IMG/VR virus record: IMGVR_UViG_3300031787_000065
Location: 15,387-79,386 of that record
DNA length: 64,000 nucleotides
Reading direction: 5' to 3' (one strand)
Origin: a virus
A program made the position numbers and the translations under genes. The notes below the pieces were generated by a model. The model did no database searches and was not told the origin of the DNA. It saw only the letters and a list, made by a program, of their open reading frames with translations. Below are positions 11,201-21,700 of this stretch, in pieces. Each line of letters begins with the position of its first letter. Positions within the stretch are counted from its first letter, which is position 1.

Positions 11201-13024
11201 AAAAGATACTAATGCGCATCTCAGTTCCATTTCTGTGGCTACGTAATATGACCCAACTCCATTAACGCCCAAGCTAGTAGCATCTAACAAAATTTGTTGA
11301 TAGGCTCCAAATCCTTTTGGAATAGTAACTGCTCTATTTCCCAATAATCCATAGTAAGGTAAGATCTGTTGTTTAAGAGATGTTTCTAGTAACCACTGCT
11401 TACCGATAGACTCTGTTCCCAACCTATTTCTATCACTGTTGGACGAAAAGTAGTGCATATCAACTTCTTGCGCACCAACAACAAACTTATCTGTTGTAAT
11501 ATTAGATAGCTCAAATCCAACATCTTGATTTTCTGTATATATTCCGTAATAAGCTAAGCTATCTATATAACTCTTAATAGCCCCGTAATTGGGAGAACGA
11601 GATCTATTAATAGCATCTAATCGAATAATTCCAGATATAAGTTTAGATGGATTATTAATATTGTTTTGATTCCAAGAGTATATAAATGAACAAGCTGGAT
11701 GATTTATAACCGGCAACAGTGTGACAAATAAATCATGACTAGTTATGTCGCATATCTCCAATGCTAGTTCCAGCATAGTTATTTGATCAAAATCAAGATA
11801 ATACAAATCTGGAATTTCTGGAAGCGACCCAAAGTCTATCACATAATTAAATCCTCTAAAGTTAATGACTCCACCAAAACCCTTCGTTGCATATTCTAAT
11901 GGAAGCTCCATATTATATTGCATTAAAGCGTTAACAGCTTGTTTTACTCTATAATAAGGTATTCCTTGTGGACCCCTTCTTGAAAAACCGGTGCCGGTCA
12001 TGGGGAATGTGACTGTGCCTACAGGTAAGGTTGCTGGATAAGGAGTTGTTGTTGCGTTTGGGTTATATGTTGTAGTTGTAGTAGTGGTTAATGGTATATT
12101 AGAATAAGTATCATTGCCACGAAAAAATGTTTGACCAGATGGCAACGTATACTTAGTCAAAATGTTTTCAGTAGGTAATTTAGATTTAATAAAATTGATA
12201 GTATCGTCGCTTGGATTATATTCTAAAAATCCATAAATATTAAGAATATTGTGATGATTAAATATTGTTCCTGTATAATTATTTAAAATCAACACTGTGT
12301 TAGATAGTATTTCTCTTGGGTCAATAACTTGGATTGAAAACGTTGGACTACCTCCCGGACCTTTATTTTGTAAATAAGATTGTAAAATGCCACCAAACAC
12401 TGTGTGATACTTTCCCCTGCTTGCACTTCTGATATATGATGAAATGTCAACATATGTTCCACTTCCACCGGCGGGGTTATAAAAATCTACTAATTGATTA
12501 TTTTCAAGATTTTCAAAAGTTAAAGGATTGAAAGGGCCATCGTATACTGGATCAGTAAATACTGGAAAAGTATTCACTTTATACAAAGAATCAAAAGTTG
12601 ACCTGTATGCTTCTTCAATAGTAGCTAAGTTCATTCCAAACTTAAAATAAACAGGAGAACCAACTGGTGGTGGGCTGAAAAAGTCACGAACGCCATTGTG
12701 ATAAGGATCATCACCTCCACCAAGACCAGTTTGATCAGATTTATTATATTCATCATTAACTAGTTCTACTGATAATGTTGAACTATTATCACCGAAACCG
12801 CCATTAATACTAAAACTACGAATAGATGCTCCTAAGAAAGTTTGTTGAACAAAGCCTTTATCGCTCAATGACCAACCGGCAGAAGAGAAAGACGTTGGAA
12901 TAGACCCGCTGGCTGGCCAATTAGTTCCAAAAAAGCCAGAATCTGGAACTACGCTATGAGAATATAGCTCTCCACCAGTGATACTGCTCGGATATGGATA
13001 AGATGTAGTATTTGTAGCAGTCAT
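8267..13024 (-). CDS. Large tail tip/hub protein
   Basis: 1585 aa in the post-TMP module; C-terminal ITNIQVDVSEAGARTTYKL followed by a coiled coil, as in central tail/hub proteins. Confidence 0.55.
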   Translation of the reverse strand: MTATNTTSYPYPSSITGGELYSHSVVPDSGFFGTNWPASGSIPTSFSSAGWSLSDKGFVQQTFLGASIRSFSINGGFGDNSSTLSVELVNDEYNKSDQTGLGGGDDPYHNGVRDFFSPPPVGSPVYFKFGMNLATIEEAYRSTFDSLYKVNTFPVFTDPVYDGPFNPLTFENLENNQLVDFYNPAGGSGTYVDISSYIRSASRGKYHTVFGGILQSYLQNKGPGGSPTFSIQVIDPREILSNTVLILNNYTGTIFNHHNILNIYGFLEYNPSDDTINFIKSKLPTENILTKYTLPSGQTFFRGNDTYSNIPLTTTTTTTYNPNATTTPYPATLPVGTVTFPMTGTGFSRRGPQGIPYYRVKQAVNALMQYNMELPLEYATKGFGGVINFRGFNYVIDFGSLPEIPDLYYLDFDQITMLELALEICDITSHDLFVTLLPVINHPACSFIYSWNQNNINNPSKLISGIIRLDAINRSRSPNYGAIKSYIDSLAYYGIYTENQDVGFELSNITTDKFVVGAQEVDMHYFSSNSDRNRLGTESIGKQWLLETSLKQQILPYYGLLGNRAVTIPKGFGAYQQILLDATSLGVNGVGSYYVATEMELRCALVSFERWKQFLQLYNDIYLESIEDSDATDSAALLQAVAPSGFPPIESISNNYAVTVPRSVFNTYAPEPFGSDGLPYSPCNPPYGYPLYYKRMTKIGIPEGGLVEIQGRFTSLLTGMASLGSVDKTNFKHILNSEINRLKDLLAVGKKLNKAEADYLEMLEDLLDKAEKASEGDVNNMISLIEETMENYKPLFFSPDMSKLAKRNLRNAMKVYDFVKSIAEECLGKKFLVKLPKVVNPFFENQISITQKGSESLNPRASESARTNMEYTYGPFGFKPRPITSGIGYEFYANNIQPVIAKMQQDAKSLPGTSTFGGRHMMEFLLDSGSYNYNLVGELNAHFNPVIDQYEFNYMPVNEGGFFDFDLYRNLISASSIQQLVASGYKSLPLGVQNQLIPIDLSNFISDNNRVSPYVRFDHSEDLSFEGFNSSDFSQQIITAQGMIPDISNNLDNAGVDTFYSFPQGNVATTTKPPQIAYVKCQVDEKLYMTPKITYQETHVYGQTVSQTKVLRPPKKIYDPCKDEYFDSFSYYVAQFYPRTTRGQKVNIWDFNASSGLQIAGVTIQGRLIDTQLGKLDTNHVYALITLPGRVVPTKDARFRDGPFQSSNAEKFKHYMTMDTVKGLNGFDKPSFTPSPQKKILEIFDDQSISADVRVHAFLAAKKANDSLISFGVPQLMNYSVPSPVYPDLVVLPFMSKDRCYGPWISSQLNNDAILYSNIGGKVDFVKDENLSPWNYCGYDLMNTAGRLQAQFSNSLMLSSERGGFVIPFVPLGLSLGTELMRSGPIITNIQVDVSEAGARTTYKLDSYTASFGKLHKQKQDAISTISRERQKLKDEKNSLIRKGLGKNYNNTNYVKQYQDINNNINNSMINGQAPIAGVSIQVKPYEQTGYSLSRESEVNSTAYSSDGSFTSHQDLNNVASNYIGEDGVAKAYQDSAFSSVNDMYAPASNEPFHSSMAFKPDPNTSARQSLYFNQDTPFTQDEVV

Positions 13025-13039
13025 AAGATTAAATTTTCT

Positions 13040-13882
13040 TTATACCGATGAACCTTGAGGTGAAGTTGAAGACCAAGAAATTACATATTGGCAGCTATAA
13101 TTAAATGATTGTGAAAGTGCCTGTTGTAAAATTACTAATTGTCCTGGATACATAACTATAAAACGATTAGCAAGTGAGCAACTGATACTAACATGTACAT
13201 ATAGTTTATCACTAGACCTATTAGTTATTCTGAATACACGACCATCGCGCCCCACAAATTCCGAATGGTAACCATTACTTGTACTGTATAAATCGCTGGA
13301 TTGGATTATATTGGGAGATGAAATTGGCGCAGACTCAATTAATATGAAGTGTGTGCTAGGAGTAGTAGTAGGTTGATAAGTGGTAGTAGTAACAGATTGA
13401 CCGCCATTAGGATTAGAAGCATTAGTTGTTGACGTTGAAGTTATGGTTCTAGTAGATATTTTTACTGATGGAGCAAATACGCTAGCTTGTGGCATACTTA
13501 TTGCAGGGGTAACTGGCGCAGACGTTGTGGTTGTAGTAGTAGTAATAGATAATATGCCACTAGATCTGGATTTAGTATCATATAATTCAAATCTGCTTTC
13601 AGAGTATTTTAACAAATTATTAGGATTAATTGTAACTGCAACAGCATTTGCTCCACTTGGTAATTGGTAATGAACGTAAGAACCTGTAGAAATAAAATCT
13701 GTTATACCGCTTCCACTTGGACTAACTCCGTATCCATTCCAGCTATCAGAAAGAGAAAGAGAATAAACCCTCTTTAATCCAGATGCATTAAATATGTTAG
13801 GCTGTTGAGTAGTTGTGTAAAGTGGTGGGCTTGTGCTTGTTGTTGTAGTAGTTGTGGCTGGTATTGGAGTTGTATTAACCAT
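13040..13882 (-). CDS. Thr/Ser/Pro-rich (mucin-like) putative virion protein
   Basis: Several poly-Thr tracts; located in the tail module. Confidence 0.55.
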   Translation of the reverse strand: MVNTTPIPATTTTTTSTSPPLYTTTQQPNIFNASGLKRVYSLSLSDSWNGYGVSPSGSGITDFISTGSYVHYQLPSGANAVAVTINPNNLLKYSESRFELYDTKSRSSGILSITTTTTTTSAPVTPAISMPQASVFAPSVKISTRTITSTSTTNASNPNGGQSVTTTTYQPTTTPSTHFILIESAPISSPNIIQSSDLYSTSNGYHSEFVGRDGRVFRITNRSSDKLYVHVSISCSLANRFIVMYPGQLVILQQALSQSFNYSCQYVISWSSTSPQGSSV

Positions 13883-13883
13883 A

Positions 13884-15728
13884 TTAATTCTCTAGTTCAT
13901 ATGTCCAACTTAAATTTAAGTTATAAGTTCCGTCCATAGGATTCCACGATTCTTGCGGAGGATTAACAAAATATTTTCTAATACCTAGTTCGTAGGCTGG
14001 GCTGATAGCTTTAATCATATTATTTATATGTGTTCTAGCTGGTTCCCACATGGTAGGTTTACTTAATACGTATTGATTTCTATATAAAAATTGTAATTGT
14101 GCTGGATGTAAAGTGGTTGTTGTTGTAGTCGTTGTGGAACCGTTTGCAGGCGCTGGCGTTGTTGTCGTAGTGCGTCCATACTGAGTGTCAAATACTAGCT
14201 CTATAGATACATCTCTTTTGTATTCTGTCCTAGTTCCTAAATATTGTAAAACTGGACCGTTTGACCTACCAATTACAGGTATTGTCGCAAAAACATCTCC
14301 TGGATATGTATCGTTGATGGATATGCTACTGGATTTTAATCCACCAACATTGTCTATCAACGGTCTATTATCAAAATCTATATTATAAGTAATTTCACCA
14401 GTAAATTCATTATGACCAATAGATATTGATTTTGGCGTTGGATTAATATCAAAGTTGACTAATTTTCTCGCTCTTTTGTATAAATCAGATGTTATCCCAA
14501 ACGTTCCTTGGTTGCTAATAAGGTTATATTTATTAATTGCATTTTGATATGGTGTAACATGAACAGTAGACCTATAATCTCCACCATAAATGTATCCGCT
14601 TGGCGGCATACTAGATAAGCCCTTAACTGTACCGTTGACAGATATGGTAGTTAAAGTATCTTCTGCCGAGGAACCGATAGAAGATGAATAGTTTTCATAA
14701 GCCGTTCCGCTAGATAGCAACCAAGTATCAACGATGTTATAGCTACCAGTAGACACATCGAAGCTTTCGCTTCTAGAATGATTAAAACCACCATACATTT
14801 GTGCTGATAAATATATAAATCCACTACCAAAATAATGACCAGCCGTCCAGCTTTGAGATGGCAAATCGGAATGTTGACGAGTTATTCCATTGTCATCATG
14901 CAAATATCCATTATAATTATGGCTATATTTATCTAAATATTTTTTAAGAAAACCCCTAGCTTGAGCAAAAGCTTCTCCACCTTGATTTGGCGCAAGGCAA
15001 TCAGAGATACGTTTACCAGTAGCAGATAAATTTCTAGTTAATCTATATGTTCTAGTTACAGCGTCGTTTGGCGCGGAGTTTCCACCATTGCTATAAGGTG
15101 GAGTAATACCATTTCCATCTTGTGGCTCTAAAGACCAATTCTCAGAAAAATCAGAAACAATACCTCCATATTTATTTATATAATCTGGTATAGATACACC
15201 GCTTGTATCTTCTATATTAATATTAATAATTCCTTGACCATAGCTATTCATAGCTATAATCTTATCTTCCTTATTGAGCAAGAAATCAGTTTCTAACGTA
15301 ATCGAATACCTACATGTGTCTACCCATACCCCTTCTTCAAAAGATATAGACGTTAGCTTTGGATAAAATTGAATTACCGGCTCATTTCCATCAATAGAAG
15401 AAACTTCTACCCTGTTGCAACTGTCTGCAAACAAGCTTCTTAAAGCTACTTGTTTTGATAAAATGCTACCAAGGCGACCACTTGCTGGAATAGTCTGGCT
15501 ACTTGGTCTAGGATCATACTGGTTAGCAAACGAAGATGGTGAACTAGATAGGGTAGGACTATTAGTATATGGAGAACCCTCATCGGCTATAATGGAGCCA
15601 TTAAGAGTAATAGTATAAGATCCACCAGCATTTCCAGTGGCAGTATTAGTAGAATTCCAATCTATATTCATTAATGGGCATGGCCTAATCACTTTAGCTG
15701 TGCCAGCTTTATCATATACTATAATCAT
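13884..15728 (-). CDS. Tail (distal-tail-like) structural protein
   Basis: Beta-rich repeated segments ending in YNLNLSWTYE; post-TMP position. Confidence 0.5.
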   Translation of the reverse strand: MIIVYDKAGTAKVIRPCPLMNIDWNSTNTATGNAGGSYTITLNGSIIADEGSPYTNSPTLSSSPSSFANQYDPRPSSQTIPASGRLGSILSKQVALRSLFADSCNRVEVSSIDGNEPVIQFYPKLTSISFEEGVWVDTCRYSITLETDFLLNKEDKIIAMNSYGQGIININIEDTSGVSIPDYINKYGGIVSDFSENWSLEPQDGNGITPPYSNGGNSAPNDAVTRTYRLTRNLSATGKRISDCLAPNQGGEAFAQARGFLKKYLDKYSHNYNGYLHDDNGITRQHSDLPSQSWTAGHYFGSGFIYLSAQMYGGFNHSRSESFDVSTGSYNIVDTWLLSSGTAYENYSSSIGSSAEDTLTTISVNGTVKGLSSMPPSGYIYGGDYRSTVHVTPYQNAINKYNLISNQGTFGITSDLYKRARKLVNFDINPTPKSISIGHNEFTGEITYNIDFDNRPLIDNVGGLKSSSISINDTYPGDVFATIPVIGRSNGPVLQYLGTRTEYKRDVSIELVFDTQYGRTTTTTPAPANGSTTTTTTTTLHPAQLQFLYRNQYVLSKPTMWEPARTHINNMIKAISPAYELGIRKYFVNPPQESWNPMDGTYNLNLSWTYELEN

Positions 15729-18700
15729 TATTTTCCTCTAATTCGCATGTTAAGCGACTGATTTTCACTTCCTGTCCCACTGGCGGTAAATAAACTCAAA
15801 CCAGAACTAGAAACCGTAATCGGATCTGGACAATCTGTATATAGATACAGGCCAGAAGGACTACTGGATACAATATCTTTGACCGCTCCAGTGAACATTC
15901 CTATGTTATTATACACAATTGCTGAATCATCTACTTGTGTAAATATATTCATATTTTCTACTTCTGGAGGATTATTAGATAGGACATACAGGCTCATAAT
16001 ACCGCTATTTGGAGTACCATATGCATACTGACCGTTAACTGACTTAATAAATGGCCTATGCTGTATAAATCCTTTAGCTACTGGGTCTTGACCAGAAGCC
16101 TCTAAGAAAATCTGACCCCTTGTATCTGTATAGATTATTCCACTAGCATAATATGATTTATTATTAGATTGCCCATTTGTGACTTCTAAAAATACATTCG
16201 GATACCAATTTTGATCTATTTCTCCAAAGACTCTAGCTTGAATAAATGCGTCTGGACTTTGAATAGAAGGGGTTTGTTGACGCAGCATAATATCAGCCGT
16301 ATAAACTTCACCGCTATTCACTAAAGATCCAACACATAACGTATAATCAGCATCAGTTCTATTACTTCTATCTATACTAACAGCGCATCCAAACCTACCA
16401 CTATCTTCTGTAAAACCAAACATTTCTGGAGTCAATTTTTCTACTAATGACCAATTTTGGGTTTTTGTGGCCCAATCAACAATGCTATTTTCAAATAAAT
16501 ATACTGCGCCATTATCTTGTACTCCAGATTCTAAAAATTCTGTTACTATCCTAGATGGTATATAAAATTCTGGATTAAATGATTTTCTAATAAATTCTCC
16601 AGAACCATTAGTATAAATATTACTAAAATTATGATTTGGTGTGCCAACGGCTATAATATCACTAGATATATCTAAAGATATTCCAAACCTATCTGAACTT
16701 GATCCACTTACTCCTACGTGTAAACTATCTGGCCTTAGTTTTTGTATACATTCCCAAGGAGTGGTTAATCCGTGATATCCAGAGCCTTTAAAAGTTTGTT
16801 CAAAAATATATACCGCCCCAGCGCCTCCATCATATCCAACTTTTAGTCCAGAGTTAGCAGAATGATAAGCCCAATCACCAATACTGTTATTACTAAATGC
16901 TGATCCTGGCGATCCAACTACAACTTTATTTTTATGAATACTAATATCGTATCCAAATAAATCTCCCTTATATAAATTAGTAAATTTATCAAAATCTAGA
17001 TAATCATATCCTTTATCCTTCATTAACTTTGGTAAGCCGCCTTTGTAATTAGCATCAGAGTAAAGTTGACCATCTATTATACCGCTAAACTTAGCGGTAG
17101 ATCCTGCTAAATTTTGTTTTGCCACAAATGTAGCTATTTCTTGACGCTTTTTTTCTGCTCTCATTTGTTCTATAATTTCTGGATTTCCAATCTTTGGAAT
17201 TTCAGCATATGGCGTCATTGGATCTTTTACAAATGCTGGATCATATCTAGACTCATTATTATTAAACGAAGAAAATCCTAAACTAGAACTTGCCGACATG
17301 TATCCACCATTAAATAGTTTGTTAATTCCAGAATTATGTGGAGCTAATGTTAGATATTTTGCTGGACTTCCTCTTTCTGGAGAAACAATTTTAGTTATAG
17401 TGTCAAATGATCTTCCTCTATTTGCGTTTCCAAAAAATGTTTCTGGATATAAGCTACGCAAAAATGTTACAGATTCTCTAGACGCTCTATAGAATTCATC
17501 TCCCATACATTTACCCTGTACCAAAGATGAATCTGAAATTAATGTAATCCTAGAGCGATTATAACCAACATCGAAAGAAGAAAAATGTTCTATTTCTTGA
17601 GCAACAACTACTGGGCCATCGGCAATCCATTGATTATTTAAATTTTGTTCAAAACATTTGTTGCCATTACAATATTGATCATTTCTATTACTAATATGCG
17701 CAAATCTTGTACTAGTAAAAGAAAACTCTGGCTGCGCTGGAGACATTTCTATAAGTTCAAATCTATCAAACACTTTATAAGATTGAGAAGATGACGTTTT
17801 AGTATTAATGATTGGTGCTAATACGCCGGATATAGCCATTAATCTAGTGGTTTTTGGTATAAAGTCGCTAGTTATTAAAGGGAATCTATTATTATATGCA
17901 GATATATAAATAGAAATTTCACCAGATGTTGCCTGTATATCAAAATGCTTAGTAGAAGATTTGTTAATGGTTACACTGGTTAATGAGCTATCAATACCAA
18001 TGCGTTCCATAGAATAACCGTTTTCTAAAGTTATCGTAGTCATATCTGAACCGGCATATGTTGGTAGACCGTATGCGCGAGTAACATTATCTATATAGAT
18101 TCTTATTGGCTCTAATTCTGTTGGGGATTCTGATATATTTGTAAAAAATAGTCTATATCCAGAATTTGGGATTGATGGAAAAGTGACTTTGGTTATTCCA
18201 CTATCAAATCTCCAGTAACCAGCCGTATCAAGTTTAGTTTGATATATTTCTTGTGTAGAGTGGGCGAGGGGCGACAACCCATTAATCAATTTAATTGGAA
18301 TAAATTGTAAACTACTTATAGAGAAAGAATCTATTTTACTTTTTCTATCATGTCCATTGGCTATGTATGTATTTGGATTTACTCTTAATGCTCCCATTGG
18401 CACTCCTGCTGTAGCAAATTTTTCATCAGCAAATAAATATAATGGTTCTAATTTACTATTTAAAATTGATAATAATTCTGACACTAGTCTTGCTTGGGTT
18501 GATTTATTGCTATAAGTAATAATTAACTTTTTATTTGATAGCCTTAACCACGACAACAATTCTTGCAGTTGTTGAGGGCTTGGTAATTGAATTGGGTCTG
18601 CTATCCAGCAAACGTCATGACTAGGAGATATTGTTGGCACATTTAGTTCAACGCTATTGTTAGAATTAGTAAATACTTCATATAATATAGAATTAGGATT

Positions 18701-21700
18701 AGCAGAAATAAAACTGCTATGACCTGTCCATCCGCCCAATTGAGCAATTCTAGACTCGCCCCGCTTGAAAGGCTGTGATACAAGATTGATATAAAAGTAT
18801 AGATTTTTATCACCAAAACCAGACATTAATGAGCTTGAGCTTTCAGTATCGGTAGATGCTATACATACAATTCTAGAATTATTTATAAATGTTTCTTCTA
18901 CCGCAAAATAAGATAATTCTGAAACTAATTCATTACCTTTCAATACTTCTTGTTCCGATATAGCGTTTGATTGCAATAAAGCTTGCCTATCTTCAAAAGA
19001 TTCTGGAGTATAAAACTTCTGAGTACTATTGCTAGCACTGGCATTATAATTAATACTAGTATAATTAGAAGTTCCAGAGTTCCATATTATGCTAACATCA
19101 GAGGAAATATTATTCTCATCAAATAAGGCTCTTTCTGTAATAGATGTAGATATTTCTTCTCTAAATATTGCTATATTTCCAGACACTGCCGGTTTTGCTG
19201 GTATAGTAATGGTTTCAGTTACTAAAGAAGCCGCAGCTAATAAAGGAACCGGTTCTTGATTTGGTAAATCTTTATAAATTGGTGGACCATTCAATGCACA
19301 AGAGGAAGCGTCATAAGTTTTAAACAGTGTTGGCCAATTAACTGGAATAAATATGGTTTTTAATTGATCGTTTAAACATTTATGATTCCATTGCGCTCTT
19401 AAATCTCCAATGTGTTTAAGTGGTAATTCACATTTAGTATTAGCTGGTGTTGGGTCCATATACATTGATATAGTTTTATTAAAAGAATCTTGATTAGAAT
19501 CATTACAAGGCATATATAGTTCAAACTCTGGATCTTCAAGATTCATTCTAATATCCGCAACCCCATAAGCATTAAGATTTTGAGGTATTATATAACTATG
19601 AGTTGCATTGGTTGGAATAAATGATGGAATGACCTTGCCACACCCAGAAGGCATCATCAATGCTTCAGCATAATTTCTAGCTGGAACCAAAGTCATTCTA
19701 GATTTTATATGTAATAATATTTTATTAATAATTTTATTAGAATCTGCATAGGCTCCATTTTGTTCCCAAGAAGGATCATTTCCAACCAAGACCAAGTTCC
19801 TATCACCCAAAGCTAACCAAGATGAAATATTTTCTAAAACTTCTTCACTAAGGGCGTCCACTGCTGGAGTTATTATGAAAGCCAAGCCAGCATCCTCTGG
19901 TATCTTAACCTCAGAAAAATCTGTTTTTCTAAAGTTTTTATCTCTAAATATATTAGATAAATATCCAAAATGTCCAGAATCTATAGGATCGCCTATGTCT
20001 TCTTGCAAATTTCCAAATTTACCAAATTCAACAACAGAGTTGTGTGGATAATATTTTCTAGACTCTAATAGTGTTACTGATCCAGCATTTACAGTAGCAT
20101 CCCAAGAAGGAGTTATTGAAGTTGTAGATAGTAACGGTCCTCTATATCCATCGTTCTGATAATAAACTCTAGCATCTCCACCTTTATTAAAACTGTCAGT
20201 TGGGGAACCCACCGCTACAAGTCTACCGTCTTCACTAACGGCAACGCTGTATCCGCACCTTGGGGTTGGGGCAAAGTTATCTATAATAAATTCCCAATCG
20301 TCAGCATCTTTTTGCTCTCTATTTTCTGGCAATGTTAATATAATTGATTGTCCATTATAAATATTTGATAATTGATATTCTGATATGCTAAGAAATTTTC
20401 TAGCTTCTAATTTTTCAGTCGATGTTAATGAACAATATAGCATCTTATTAGCAGATACTATATTCATAGTATTTAACCACTCTTGCAAAGAAGATATCAA
20501 AGATGTATATCTTAAATTATTTCCACCAACAAGGGAGCTTTTATTATAAAGCCAAGTATGTAAAGAAGAATATAATCTATCTTTTTCTTCTTTTTTATAT
20601 TCATAAATCTGACATGCTTGGCTAATGTATGGAGATCCAATAGCAATAACTTCTGAGTTTTCACTAATCGCTACAGCATGACCAAATCTATCTGGAGTAT
20701 CGTATATAATATTTGGTGATTGTATTTCTTGAATACAATTCCAATATCCGCTCTCTTTTTCAAAAATAAACACGCTGCCACCGCTTGGTGGAGGATAATT
20801 AAACTGAGAAAGGTTAGAATTGAATGCTTCTGGTCCGACACCGGAAGTAAAAAATCTAACTTGATTTTCTTTTACTAGTCTTCCTGTGTCTAGAACATAA
20901 TCTAAAATTTTCTTACTGTTATCTATCCAATCTTCGCTATCGTCAGAAGCAAATTCTACACATTGCCCAGAAGATGGAACTCCATAAAAATCTTTTAATC
21001 CGCTGGCAAAGCTATATTCTCCAAAATAAGAAATAAAACGATTTAGTGCTGGAGAAACAGCTTCTTTGCCTAAAGATGCGCTATCATCAACATATATACC
21101 AAGAATAACTGGTATATTATTATTTAGTTTTGATTCATCATATGGATAAGCTTCGTGAAAAGCGCTCTTAATGTCATTAAATATTAAGTTTGTTCTTTCT
21201 TCGCTGAGTATACCTTGATTTCTAGCTATTCTCTTTTTTACAATATAGTTTGGCTTTGGCTCTGGGAAATCTTCTAATTGTCTATTGGAATAATCAGCAA
21301 TTGGTTCACATATAATAAGTTTAACATCAAATTTTACAGGGGGATCTGAAAAATATTGAAAGATTAAATCTTTATTCTGTATAGCTCTCTGTATCTCGTA
21401 ATGCTCTATTCTATCAAATGTATTATATCTATTTTTTTTGTAAATAATTGGAGTAAACTCGTCAGTAAATATCATTAATCCTATTTGGACGCCAGAAGAT
21501 GATAGTTCTTCAAAGCTTCTGTGCTTCCATTGTGCGCTAGGTGCCCCAACTACTAATATTTTTCTGTCACTTTCTCCTATTGACGGATCGCCACTTGATG
21601 TTACGGCTAGATCCAAAGAGTGACCAAACTCTCTTCCCTCTTGACCCACCATCCATAATCTTTCTTCTACTGGTAGAGGCATGTCAATGCCGCCTATTTT

